A stretch of DNA of 64,000 bases. Origin: Eledone cirrhosa (taxonomy: Eukaryota). The notes under the pieces are model-generated. The model did no database searches and had not been told where the DNA came from. It saw only the letters and a program-made list of their open reading frames with translations. Location of the stretch: positions 194,866,001 through 194,930,000 of the forward strand of contig OZ024743.1 of assembly GCA_964016885.1 (NCBI GenBank), in the 5' to 3' direction. This document shows, piece by piece, positions 1 to 12,260 of this stretch (position 1 is its first letter; the number at the start of each line of letters is the position of its first letter). The position numbers and the translations under genes are program-made.

Positions 1-469
1 TGTGTTTTTATGCAATTTGTTTAATTGATTTTAATGTTATCCTGCTGATTTGTTTGTTTGTTGTCTATTATATACGGTGGGTGAATTATTGGTGGTGACA
101 CTGTAGTCTATGCTGAGTGAGTTATCAGAAGGCAGGTGTCGATTATATGGAATGTGTCTACTGAGGGTTGTGTTTTAATGTTATCGTTTAACTCACATAA
201 GCTCTGCTCAAGGAAGCCGATAGTAATTGTTCATATTTTAGGCACAAGTCCAGCAAATGTCGTGGCACGTTACACAGGTATTACTTTATTACATGACTTA
301 CCTTTCCCTCCGAGCATTTTCAGCCATATTCCGATAATTTATTCTGCTGGCTGATTAAATATAACGACTGAATGCGACAGTTGTTGGCGATTGATAGTTT
401 AATTGATAAATTGTCAATTATTGCATAGGGTACAAATCAGAACAAAGGAAGAACATATTGTGTGATCGA

Positions 470-1042
470 AACTAAATTGTAGTTGAGCACTCACCCTGGC
501 CACTTCTGCAATGGTAAAGGTGAATGTTATGGAATACCAACTCCATCAGTTTCTCAAAAAAGCTCAAACTCTACAAGTCCTTGGTGACTTTGATCCTTTT
601 GTATGGGCGTGAGAGACCGACTCTCACAGCTGACATGGAACGACGATTCCAGTCATTTGAGCACAAGTGGCTCAGAAGGTTACTAAACCTGCCATATATG
701 GAGCATATAAAACAGCTTTGTCAGGCAGCAAGTTAACAAATATGCTAGCAGACAGGAACCATCCCTTGCAATATTGAAAAAACGGAACCTTGAAATAGCA
801 TGTTTATATATCCTGCCACAACAACTTGTCCAAAGCTTCCTTCAGGGCACAGTCGAGGTAGAGAGAAAAAGAGGTGGACAAAGAAATTGCTGGTCCGATA
901 CCATCAACGACTGCATTGGTCACAACATCGAATCCCTTCTACACATGACGGAGATAGAGGCCGATGGCGACAACTGACTAGAAAAGCGTCTAGAGTAGCA
1001 CTCCAACAACAGACTGCATCGGTTGTGGGAACATGATGATGA
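470..1042 (+). mobile_element. RTE-clade LINE 3' fragment (decayed)
   Basis: Frames give KLKLYKSLVTLILLYG..E..TLT..MERRFQSFEHKWLRRLL, QGTVEVERKRGGQRNCW.D.I and DRGRWRQL, typical of the RTE ORF C-terminus; ends in a tgatgatga tail. Confidence 0.8.
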
Positions 1043-1454
1043 CAGGACGTTTCTGCAAGACTGTATATCACTGAAAGTCTTTAAGCTTGGGTAGCCTTGC
1101 ATGATTTGCTATAAGAATCTACTTGGGTTAAGTATAGATCGATCACCTAACAAGTATAGATTGAACAATTTAAATATTTTTATCTGGAATCCTGAATTTG
1201 TTGAAGCTATTTCTAAGAAATTGAATTAGAATTTGAATAAAAATTTCTGAGTGTTTTATAATATGAATAAACATTAGGATCTGTTAGAGTGAAAAATATG
1301 TACATGAAACACCCAGAGGGACACCATTAAATATTGCTTAATCAGACACTGATACTTGATAAAATATCCTGCAAACTTATACTTATATATAAAATTTGTC
1401 GAGTAGCAATATATATTCGTGTTTGAGTGGATCTGTTGTTGTAACTATGAAAGT

Positions 1455-1900
1455 ATGTGTGTTTATGCATCTACGCACATATGTATGCATGTAAGCATGT
1501 ATGCATCCAAGCATTCATGCATATATCCATGTATATATGTATATATGTATGTATGCATGTATATATATATATATATATGTGTATGTATGTAATATATTTA
1601 TGGGTGTGTGTACATTTATTTACATATGCATAAATACATATACGCATACATGTATATATGTATGTATACATGTATATATGTATATATATATGTATGTATA
1701 TATGTATGTATATATGTATGTATGTATGTACGTATGCAGGTATATAATGTGTGTATGTATGTACGTATGCAGCTATATATGTATGTATGTATTTATGGGT
1801 GTGTGTGTGTATACATATGCATGAATATATATATATGTGTATATATGCATGTACGTATGCAGGTACGTATATATATATGTATGCATATAGTGCATATGTT
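1455..1900. repeat. Degenerate (TA/TG/TATG)n low-complexity tract
   Basis: Seen directly in the sequence. Confidence 0.95.
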
Positions 1901-2592
1901 AGTGCATTTCATACGCCGATTGTTTAATTGAGAGTTTCGTTATAAGAATTTGAAATTACGTTTTTCTTGCGTCTAGAGCTGTCCTATTGTTTTCGCATGT
2001 ACTGTTCTACATATCTATTCAGTCTGATGGTAAATATAAACACTCTTACTTGCTTATGGCAACAGGACTGCACACGATTCATTGAATCTTTCAAAAGTGC
2101 TTGATTTTCTGAGAGGAGAAGAGCGCATCAGTTGTTATTCTAATTGTCATGGAGAAAAACTACTTCAACATACTCCAGGAAATGATAGCATTGTTTTGAA
2201 GTGGACATCAGCATTATCTCTGGTAAAAGCATACAAGTCACGTACCAAATAATAACATTATATAATATTTCATTGCTAAGAATGTTTCTCTTCATTTTCT
2301 TCCTACTATGATGTTACTCTATCTATATATACTCGTTTTGAAATCTATTCCCTTCTTCATTTCCTCCTACATTAAATTCTCCCCTTTAATTTGCTTCGCT
2401 TACACACACATCACGCATACTCACACATTACGCATCATACAAACACACACAATCAAACCATAACACAGCTGTTTGCACGTATTTGCGTGTGTGTAGTTGA
2501 AGTATGTGTGCCTGTACGTATGAGTGTTTTGTGCATATATATGTATCAATATATTACATATACAAAAACGCACAATACATAATACTAATTTA

Positions 2593-2754
<162 letters not shown>

Positions 2755-2911
2755 AAAATAACAAATTAAAGTTTAAGCAAAGAATCGTTGCTTTCACCCT
2801 TCAAATTTATTATTATTACTATATATATATATATATATAAAGAAAAAGGGATGAAATCGAAAATGCAACTGAAGTCTTATTTTTAAAAAAAATATATATA
2901 TTTATTTGGTT

Positions 2912-2949
2912 CCTTTACCGGTTTCGCAGTTCTTCTGCTTTTCAAAAGG
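2912..2949 (-). ncRNA. Type I hammerhead, U3-A8 variant
   Basis: Reverse complement reads CCTT TTGAAAA GCAG aagaa CTGC GAAAC CG GT A AAGG. Confidence 0.7.
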
Positions 2950-3023
2950 TGAGTTGAGATGGAGGGTCTGTGGTTTTTCTCAATCAGATGTGAGAAAAAC
3001 CACAGACCCTCCATCTCAACTCA

Positions 3024-3061
3024 CCTTTTGAAAAGCAGAAGAACTGCGAAACCGGTAAAGG
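3024..3061 (+). ncRNA. Type I hammerhead, U3-A8 variant
   Basis: Stem I CCTT/AAGG, core TTGAAAA, stem II GCAG/CTGC, GAAAC-CG-GT-A. Confidence 0.7.
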
Positions 3062-3682
3062 AACCAAATAAATATATATATTTAAAAAAAAAAAAGACTT
3101 CAGTTGCATTTTCGATTTCATCCCTTTTTCTTTATACTTCCACTCGTGTAGGACACCTCGGTTATTTTTCATTTTGTAAAAAAAACCTCACTTTCTAATA
3201 TATATATATTTATATTCATATGCATACATGTATATATATATATATACACACACTTGAATGCATATCATAATATCCTCATACTTATAAAAGTTGGCTTCAT
3301 AATTATATCGTATCTTATCTCAAAGAGAATATGCTGAAACCAATCTGCATCTCCTTGTATACGAATATCATTAATCGGTGAATAATTCTTGTTTGTGATA
3401 ATTCTTAACAAAGAGAGCTTAAAAATATGAACAAATTTAATCAGCAGTGCTTGACAAGAAATTCCTGGATATTCTGAAATACTTAGCGCTAACAGGATGT
3501 ACGCGTATAGAATTTAAATATAGCGAGCCGTATTCTCTGTTGAAATTTTATCCAGCATACCTTATGCTTACACGTTTTAAAAGTGTCTGTCTATGAATGG
3601 AAATCTAGTATATGATAATATATTTATTATATATAAGTATATATATATGTATATATATATATAAATTATTAAAAACAATGTT

Positions 3683-4016
3683 TAAAAACAAAGAAACAGT
3701 TCCTTATATTAAAAAATTCATCATTTTACGATCGTTTCTAGGATATATATATGTGTGTTGGTATGTATATCATATAGATCTATGTAAACATTTTACAAAT
3801 TATCAGAGGGAATATACATACCTACACATATATATGCTGTCTTCAGAAATAATGAAGATAGCATATATATGTGTAGGTATGTATATTCCCCCTGATAGTT
3901 TGTAACATTTTTCCATAGATCTATATGATATATATACGAACACACACATATATATCCTAGAAACGATCGTAAAATGATGAATTTTTTAATATAAGGAACT
4001 GTTTCTTTGTTTTTAT
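3683..4016. repeat. About 330 bp near-perfect palindrome (inverted pLTR-like pair)
   Basis: Arms aaaaacaaagaaacagttcc...tcttca and tgaaga...ggaactgtttctttgttttt; centre near 3849. Confidence 0.9.
3718..3855 (-). ncRNA. Type I hammerhead with extended stem II
   Basis: Minus strand: TCATTATTT CTGAAGA [about 100 nt hairpin] GAAAC GATC GT A AAATGATGA; 9-bp stem I with one GU pair. Confidence 0.7.
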
Positions 4017-4199
4017 TCCTTGTTTTTATTAATTTATCTTGACTCTGTTTTCCTGTGATTTTCATCGAAAAAAGTTTTGAATACATCTTTTCTTTTCATG
4101 ATATTTGGATTACATTGAGTTCTTCATACGGATTGGACACTACCGTATATTTTGGTAGATTTATCTACGTACTCTATATATATATATATATTTCGTTTC

Positions 4200-4410
4200 T
4201 GAATTTGTTTAGCAAGATTCTTTATCTGAAATCGTGTGTTGAAACGAAAGGACTATGACTATATATAAACAACTATCTGGTTGTGGAACCAACCAACCAA
4301 CCAGAAATTTATAAGTTTGTAGATTTGTAAATTTATAAATATATAATACATTGAAGTGAAAGCAACTGGTGCGTGTGTTTCTTATTGGCAACATGACCCT
4401 CCCAAAGTAT

Positions 4411-4415
<5 letters not shown>
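4200..4415 (+). mobile_element. Decayed PLE 3' end related to 52100-52350
   Basis: Ends atgaccctcccaaagtataacaata followed by (TA)n, matching atgaccctccccaagtataacaata at 52322-52346. Confidence 0.55.
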
Positions 4416-4495
<80 letters not shown>

Positions 4496-5409
4496 AATTA
4501 TTATCATTATATATATATCAGATGATATAATAATATGTTTACTGGATTTACTGGGCGTAAATGAATATGATTACAGCTAGACAGGGTTACAATGTCAGTA
4601 TTCCTACGCAGGTAATTATAATCTGTTTCATCATAGCAGTCTATGTACTATATGGTTGAAGTTACTGAAAACGATTCCTTTTCCCACGGATTGATACTGA
4701 CTCCTCTTAGGAAAATAGAAATCTTTCCATTCTTAAGGATGTAATATCTATGAAGGCGCTCAACCTTCAAGAAATATCAATCAAATCTTCCTCCAATCAC
4801 TCCCTGACGTCTTAAAACGGGACCAAGACATTGGTCTCATATTCTAAAACTCATGTGATATTTGAGAGAATGTTAGGGCTCTCACGGCTGAGACGCCCTT
4901 GATAAAAACCATGCTGGCTTTAGTTTTCGTTAGTACTAAAAGGAGCGAAAACAAAATACAGCACACAAAGCATTAATTGAAAACTCAGCTACATCAATAT
5001 AACAGTACATTCTGCTACTGACACCTAAGTAACACCTAAGACAGACCTTTTAAAATATATTTTGATGTCTAAAGATAAAAGCGTCTGACAGTATTACATG
5101 GGGTATACTAGAAAAGAAATTCATCGCAAGTTTAGGTTAACTTACTACATCCCCTACCTTTCAGAAATAAATAAACAAAACCCCAAAAACATATCATTCC
5201 TAATGACACTCGAGTCAACTTTTCTATCTCATTGTGAATGACTATTGTTGTCAGAGACAGCATGACTAGCTATAGGAATGGATAGGGCCAAGTTCAAGTA
5301 TTCATCCATTATCAGCTATTTTTATTCAACGAGGATAACCGACCAAAGTAATTCTGGTAACTTTAGGTCCGGTTCATAATCACATTGTGCTTACATGGAA
5401 CAAAAACAC

Positions 5410-5670
5410 GAAAGTTTCCCACTCTGCCGCTGCTGATGCTCCCTTGTAAGTGTCCCAGGGCTGCTGTCACATCGTCGTCGGACGCGGACAAGGCAGGCAC
5501 ACTGTCAAGGATCTGGAAGTCCTTGATCTCGGCTGGGCGGTTCTGATGCTACGGGTGGAGAGTTGCCAAAACCTCCGGAGTGAGCCACAGTACTGTGTAA
5601 TTAAAAGCCAGCACACGCAATGCAGCTGAAGCATTAGTTTTCGTTTGACTCGGCCATACACGATTATTGG
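5410..5670 (-). mobile_element. CRE-like non-LTR retrotransposon fragment upstream of RT
   Basis: Minus frame NASAALRVLA..TV...TPEVLATLHP*H...SDDDVTAALGHL.GS.S.G resembles the pre-RT region of CRE/RLE elements; local GC-rich island. Confidence 0.5.
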
Positions 5671-7072
5671 TCAAAGATAGTTTCTTATTCTGAGCAATTA
5701 TTGCATTTGTTCTGCCGTTTAACCCACTTATTTTTCAAATTCCAATGAACACTAAGAAGGTTCAAACTAATAAACAATTATTTGCAAATCTCATATACTG
5801 TTAAATATAAGGTGTTTTTATGTTTTACATCGAAAGTTTTACTTCCTTAAATTACCTTTTTTATAAGTATTTATTGTTATCCTTATTGAAATTTCTGATA
5901 TGATTGCAATATTCTCGTATATTCTTTTTCTCATTATGAATTTAAAAAATAGTATCTGGCCGTTTTTCACAATTGTTTACAGTAAGCAAACTGTATTTAC
6001 ATAAATGTCTTTAATATATTTATTAATTTTTAGTGTAAATAAAAGGAGAATTAAATTACAACTACATAAATCTATAAAAACGAGTAATACAAATAATTAT
6101 AGTAAAATATAAGAACTTTTATTCGTTCCATCATTTTGTTTATTTTTAATACAATTCAATGTTATGGTGAAAGGTTGCTCCACCCACTCTCTCCCTACGT
6201 ATCAGTTTTTCACCCGGTTTTTCTCTAATAATAATGAAATGCACGCTTTTCTTCACTGTTCTACTATTTTGTTATCTGTCTATTGCTATTTACACATAAA
6301 AGTACACACACACACAATCACAGCCCATCTCATACTCATATGCTTTAATCATAATGCATTGTTAAAATATTTTTATTCTATATTGCTATCATCCGTAACG
6401 TTAATATGTTTTACAAGAGTGGTACTTGAAACAAGTGTGTATATTATTGTTACTGCTAGAATTACAGTCGGTAAAAGTAGTTCATATTTTCATCGCTAGC
6501 TGCTATATATTTGTTAGAGACACTGCTGTTATGAGATTTGGAACGAATGTTAATGTTTAAAACATGTATTACCTACAACAGACGATGCTTTCTCTGTGTG
6601 CTGATTATGTTGATGTCTGTTTACATCATTAGGGTTCTTTATCAGTTCCCATTACGAAAAGTAGGCTGTTTCCATAGTTTCGGTTTTTAGGAGACAAAAA
6701 AGCAAGATCATTAAAAATTTAATTAACTATAAGCCAAATGTTATTAATTCGGTAAACATGCTTATAGCATATATACCTAACTGCATTTCATATAATAAGT
6801 AGTAATTATAATATAAAAAAAAAAACTAATACTAAAATGTAAACGAAACTACTTTTCTTTATACAGTTCTGAGATAAATAAGCTATTTTCAGAATAGACT
6901 GATTAGGTTTATAAATGAAAGTCTTTAACAAACGGTTTCAAGTGTCTGCTTGTCAGATTTTCGCTGTATACATTTTCCAGGTTAGTATATACGTGGTTGT
7001 GTATAGTCTTGTTTAATGCATACACACACGCAAACAGGCACCTTCCTGTTTGTCTGTCTATATGCATGTATG

Positions 7073-7123
<51 letters not shown>

Positions 7124-7132
7124 ATTTATTTA

Positions 7133-7273
7133 TTAAAATAACAGATTAAAGTTTAAGCAAAGAATCGCCGATTTCACCCTTAACGGGATCTTCTGGTACC
7201 GTTCTTATATATTTGATATATATTTATCCTTATCGAACCCTCTTTGGATTTTAGTCTTCAAATTTATTATTAT

Positions 7274-7280
<7 letters not shown>
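7133..7280. mobile_element. Short TA-associated interspersed repeat (copies at 2752-2821 and 9591-9648)
   Basis: Shared ttaaaataacagattaaagtttaagcaaagaatcg..ttcaccctt; the 2.75 kb copy has an internal deletion; all copies abut (TA)n. Confidence 0.7.
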
Positions 7281-7337
<57 letters not shown>

Positions 7338-7379
7338 TTACATTCCAACATACATGCAGACCTCTGTGGGTAATTTAGT

Positions 7380-8100
7380 AACTATAAACTCAGGTAGACC
7401 AATACACTATAAATGGAATTTTGTAGTCTAAAGCTGCTGAAGGATGTCTTATATATGCTGGCCATCGTGTAAATAAACCAGTTAGAGTGTAATGCACTCA
7501 CCACCTGCCACTATTGTTCCTTCTTCTCCAGGAACGTGGATGACATCCTGATGCTGATTTCATCACGTGATGAAGCCGTCAAAATTTACGAATGTTCGAA
7601 TCGCTGACTCACACATAAACATTCAGGGTTAGCACCCAGACATCAATGGATCACTGTCTTGACTTTAGACTAAGAGTCCGAGAGGCATCCATATACACCA
7701 ACTTCTAATAAAAGGATGCCTGTAAAGACATATTTGTCTATAAAGATTCTGTCCTTCCATACAGAAACAAAATAGCCTTTTTATGGAATGAGAACTCCCG
7801 GATGCGTAACAGATGCAGCGACAAACATACCAACACAGTGACATTCCAGAGAGTTCTAACCGAGAACCCTCACGTAACGCCAAAATGATATGGCAGCATC
7901 ACGTAAAAGAACAAGGAGGTCATGCGCTGCAAGTGATAGCATATGCTATCTATCTAAATTTACCGCATTTCAAAATGAAAACTACTGCTGCTATCCGACA
8001 ATCCATCTGCAGGGAGGGCCTGAACATGCAGCTAGTACACTCGGGATCTTCATTGAGGAGACAGACAACTTTACACACATCGACACATCGATATGGATAC
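7380..8100 (+). mobile_element. Decayed PLE RT fragment; same family as 52640-54275
   Basis: SFFSRNVDDILMLISSRDEAVKIY aligns with AFFARYVVDILILTSSREDADKIY; downstream HPD..G.LS and PHF..ETTA.IR..I motifs. Confidence 0.75.
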
Positions 8101-8134
8101 AACTTTTAACTTCCCATCAACAATATTTATGTTC

Positions 8135-8275
8135 TACGTTCAAATCACACCGAAGTTAACTCCGCCTTTCATCCTTCAGGTGTCGATAACATTATGTAGC
8201 TAAGTCACAATAAATATGATTTAATCAACATTGCGCTCCCTCCGAATTTGCTGGCCTATTACGTATATCAGAAAT
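8135..8275 (+). mobile_element. Decayed Nin-domain SINE
   Basis: gttcaaatc..ccgaagttaact..gcctttcatcctt..gtcgataa. Confidence 0.6.
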
Positions 8276-9487
8276 CAATATATTCGTTGATATAAACGTC
8301 TGTAATCGAAACGTTTTGTGAAACACTCATATATTAGTTTCAAGGTAATGTTTCTAGACAGCTTTAAATAAATGCTATTCAAATATAACTTCCAAACATG
8401 TTTACTTGCTAAACTCTCAGAAAGAAACAAATATACATATTGAGCTTGTTTATGTGAATTAGAATTCATAAATACGCTTAATAAACACAGAGTAATAACC
8501 AATGCTTTTGATGTCGATTTAATTGAATCATTTGTTAAATTAGTATCACTCTCTCACTCTTTCATTCTCTCTCATACACCTGTTCTCTCTCTTACATAAA
8601 CTATTTGTTTTTTCTGAATATCTCTTTTCAATCTCTCTTGTTTTTAGCTTTCATCTTCTGCTAGCCCAAACATTTCTATCGTCATCATATTTTAGCATTT
8701 TATGAATAGAACTAAAATAACATATTATAGAAATAACGGGATTAAACATGCAGTTAAATATACGCATGAGACTACGCAAAAAGTATAAATAATTGTAGTG
8801 CCACTTACAGAAAAATTCACGGAAGTATTTTACTATGCTACGATGTATTGCTAATGGAATTTATATAGTCTTTGTAATGTTGTCAGTTCCGTAAATAGAA
8901 AGTCTTCTAGAAATAAGGGGAGTCTTTTAAATTTGCAATAAATGTATTAGTCGCTAGAAAATGGAAAATTTTCTAGTTAAAACCTTTTAATATTGTCTGA
9001 CATTGATAAAGCAAGTAGGTGTCAACATTTTATCATATTCCATACATTTAGACCACGGGGATTATCAGACATTCTGAATAGCATATCATTTCTTTCACTT
9101 CTCTTTCGGTCTTTGTCTCTCACCCCCCCCCCCCTCTCTCTCTCTCACTCTTCTTTTTTCTCCATCTCTATCTTCTACCTTCATATTATCTCAACCATAA
9201 ATATACACGTTCTGAAAAATAATCTGCTGACATGCCAGAACCAATCTCAACTTTCTACAGTGTTCGGTGTAGCTGTAATGAATAGTAATATTAGACAAAT
9301 ATTATTGCTCTATAGGAAGGAGCCTGTCCAATAAAAGGAGTTTCGTAAAAATAAAATACTAATGTGAACATTATTGTATAATTGTATATATCTAAATGAT
9401 TCAAGAATAACATTCTTTATGTTGCTTTCTGTTAGATTTCATAAAAGACATCACCATGTAATTTAGGCTCGTATTTCATATATTTAT

Positions 9488-9488
<1 letters not shown>

Positions 9489-9581
<93 letters not shown>
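9489..9581. repeat. (CT)n microsatellite
   Basis: Seen directly in the sequence. Confidence 0.98.
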
Positions 9582-9582
<1 letters not shown>

Positions 9583-9870
9583 ATATATATATCCCGTTAA
9601 GGATGAAAACAGCGATTCTTTGCTTAAACTTTAATCTGTTATTTTAATATATATGTATATATATATAAATCATAAGAGTAGAAGAGAAAGAAATACGATA
9701 TAATATATTAGATGCCAATAGCCGAAGCTAAGTGTGTTCAATGCTTAGAGATACATTGTTAAATATTATAGTAAGGTTAATATTTACTGAGAATTTAAGC
9801 GCAGATGGTAAACAGAGCAGGCATAAGGAAAAATAAATGGAGAAGTCAATACATTTAAAAACAAAATTTA

Positions 9871-9982
9871 CTCCTTACACAGTGTTTCATCTAAGGCATA
9901 ATATCAATATAACAGGTCTATATATATGTGCGTATGCATACATATTATTATAAAGAATATGTTCTTGGAATCTTTAGAGGAG
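9871..9982 (-). ncRNA. Decayed hammerhead with extended stem II (G5A)
   Basis: CTCCT CTAAAGA [about 82 nt] GAAACAC T GTGT A AGGAG. Confidence 0.45.
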
Positions 9983-10534
9983 AAAGTTTATTGTCTTTAA
10001 TGATGTTGCCGGAGGGCAGTCCATTATATATATATAACAGCAAACAAAATTTACCATTGCTGGAATAATTATTCCTTCAGAGGAATACTCAGAAGCAAGT
10101 ATTCGTCGGAGTTCATATCTTAATCCGAATAATTTTAAATCAGGACTAACTTATAAATCTAAAATGGCGGTTCCAAAGGAGTGTAATTATCTAAGGGAAG
10201 TAACTATGTTGTATTTAAAAACAAATAATTATAACTAACCAAAGTTAAGTGACATTGATAGAGTAGATGTTAGGTGGTGTGTTGTGGGCCAAGGTGTACA
10301 GTCTTAATTTAAGTAACCAATTATAAGTAGGAGTTATTTAACTATTCAGGCTAATATATAGGAAACAGTTAATAAAGGGTCTATTTTCGGGTGGAAGGTC
10401 AAGAAATTAAGATTCAACATTTAAGAATATGGGATCGTAAACTCTGTTAGTGAAAGAGTAGGGAAGTCCATGTGGGCAATGCATTACTGTTTCAGTTCTA
10501 TTGTTAATAAGTGTAGATGGGGAGCATATAATAT

Positions 10535-10722
10535 AATTGTTTCTACTTTTCGCACAAGGCCAGCAATTATCCCAGTGCATTACTGGTACTTTATTTTATC
10601 GACCCTGTAAGGATGAAAGGCAAAGTTAACCTCGGTGGGATTTGAACTCAGATCTTAAAGGGACGTAACTTTATGCTGGAAAGCATGGCGTCCGACCCTC
10701 TACTGATACTGCCAATCCACCT
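10535..10722 (-). mobile_element. tRNA-head Nin-domain SINE
   Basis: Reverse complement: ggtggattggcagtatcagtagagggtcggacgcc...gagttcaaatccc (B box)...gcctttcatccttacagggtcgataaaataaagtaccag...agaaacaatta. Confidence 0.9.
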
Positions 10723-11221
10723 CATCAGACAGAAATGACATTTCTGCTTAAAGTTATAAGAGGTTGCTCTGTCTATTATACTCCATTGGGTTGTGTAACT
10801 AGTGTTGGATTCTATTAATTGACTAATATAGTTTGCGAGGGAATCTGAAATCTTGAGTGTTCTATTTTTAAAAGATTGGAGATAGGATCTAAATCCAGTT
10901 TTGAATTCATTAGAGGTAACCCCTGTGTAAGATTTAGTACTATAATCTGTAATGACTGTGCACTTACAGATCACAGTACTAACTAGTCAAGTATCCTGAA
11001 GTGGATAGGTGCTATGTGTCTTACAATTACAGTTCCTGTTGTTACTATTCACTATTACGTTTAGGTGATCATGTAAGCTATGGTTATTCGCATCTAAACA
11101 TGTGCTTGTAAATATGTTATGCATGTTAGCGTTACAATCATTGCCAAAATGGCCACCAACATATCCTTCGCTAACAGCACAGGAATCAATATTATTATTA
11201 TTATTACTATTATTATTATTG

Positions 11222-12260
11222 TTCTTTGAGTTTCAGTCATTGATGTTATTTAACTGGAAAGTTTGTTGAAATGAATATCAAGCCGCTACCTCAGATATTC
11301 AGGACGTATCTTGCTGTTACCCTCAAGCATGCTTTTGAAGTGTTCCAAGAAGCGGGGCTGGACTAATCTTCTTTAACCATCCTTGGAAACTCTTTGAGAT
11401 CGTACCTAGTGCGCCTATGACAGTCCTTTATTTCATGGCAGTTCCAAATCCTTTTTAACTCCCAATTTAAGTCCTGGTATCGGTTAATTTTCTCCCTCTC
11501 CTTTTCTTGCACTCTCGTGTCAAATGGGCAGGCTACATCTACAATCAAGCACGATCATTTTTTCTTGTCCAAAACCACCAGGTCAGGTCTATTGTGTTCC
11601 AGTTTCTTGTCCGTCTGATTCCTAAAATCCCATAGCACCTTCACCTGATCGTTTTCTATCACCGACTCTGGCTTATGCTCATACCATTTCTCAGAATGTG
11701 TTAAATTGTTTACTTATCATTTCTCCAACCTTTATAGTGAGTCTGGGTTAGGTGTTTACACTCGGATACAATGTGAGTCACAGTCTCCTCTCTCTCTCTC
11801 TCTCTCTCCACATATCCTACACAGTGAGCTAGCATCCTCCTTGTCAATATGGTGTTTCACCCACATCGTTCTGAGGGCTTGCTCTTGCGCAGCCATTAGA
11901 ATTCCTTCTGAAGCATTTTTAATGTCTCCTCTTTTTAAACCAGTTCCATGTCTGTGGATCTCTCAAATCAGTTTTCTTAAAGAAGGTACTATGAAGGTTG
12001 CTCTTCCTCCTTGTTGTTATTTCTTCCTTGGACATCCCCTGGTCTATTGTCTTCTCCTTCTGTACAATTTTGAGCAGTATATATATATATATATATATAT
12101 ATATTGGCAGTATATATATAATATATATATATATGTCTCCTTCTGACGTCACCAGCCCTCTCTCTACATGTGCGTTTTTCTTCATAATTACGCATGATGT
12201 TGAACTAGCCTGCTTTTAAATTCCCCTTTTGGCATATTATGAACCATGGAACTTTGGTTA
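11222..12260 (-). mobile_element. Dong/R4-like non-LTR retrotransposon 3' fragment (CCHC knuckle + restriction-like endonuclease)
   Basis: CRICG..ETVTHIVSEC, HNRPDLVVLDK, IVDVACPFD...EKINRYQDL; 3' end abuts (TAA)n at 11190-11221; internally split by (TA)n and (CT)n. Confidence 0.85.

Larger units (their letters stand above)
2838..3198 (+). mobile_element. PLE pLTR 3' fragment with inverted 5' copy (foldback); same family as 25560-28000
   Basis: 2838-2983 is the reverse complement of about 2990-3133; the forward arm matches 27787-28000; flanked by (TA)n. Confidence 0.85.
9660..11150 (-). mobile_element. Decayed PLE: GIY-YIG endonuclease plus 3' region, interrupted by a SINE
   Basis: ICKCTV...SYTGVTSNEFKT.F....SF...L...I..L....WSIIDRATSY...CHFCL, continuing past the SINE as LINNRTE...HCPH; decayed HHR downstream. 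Confidence 0.7.
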
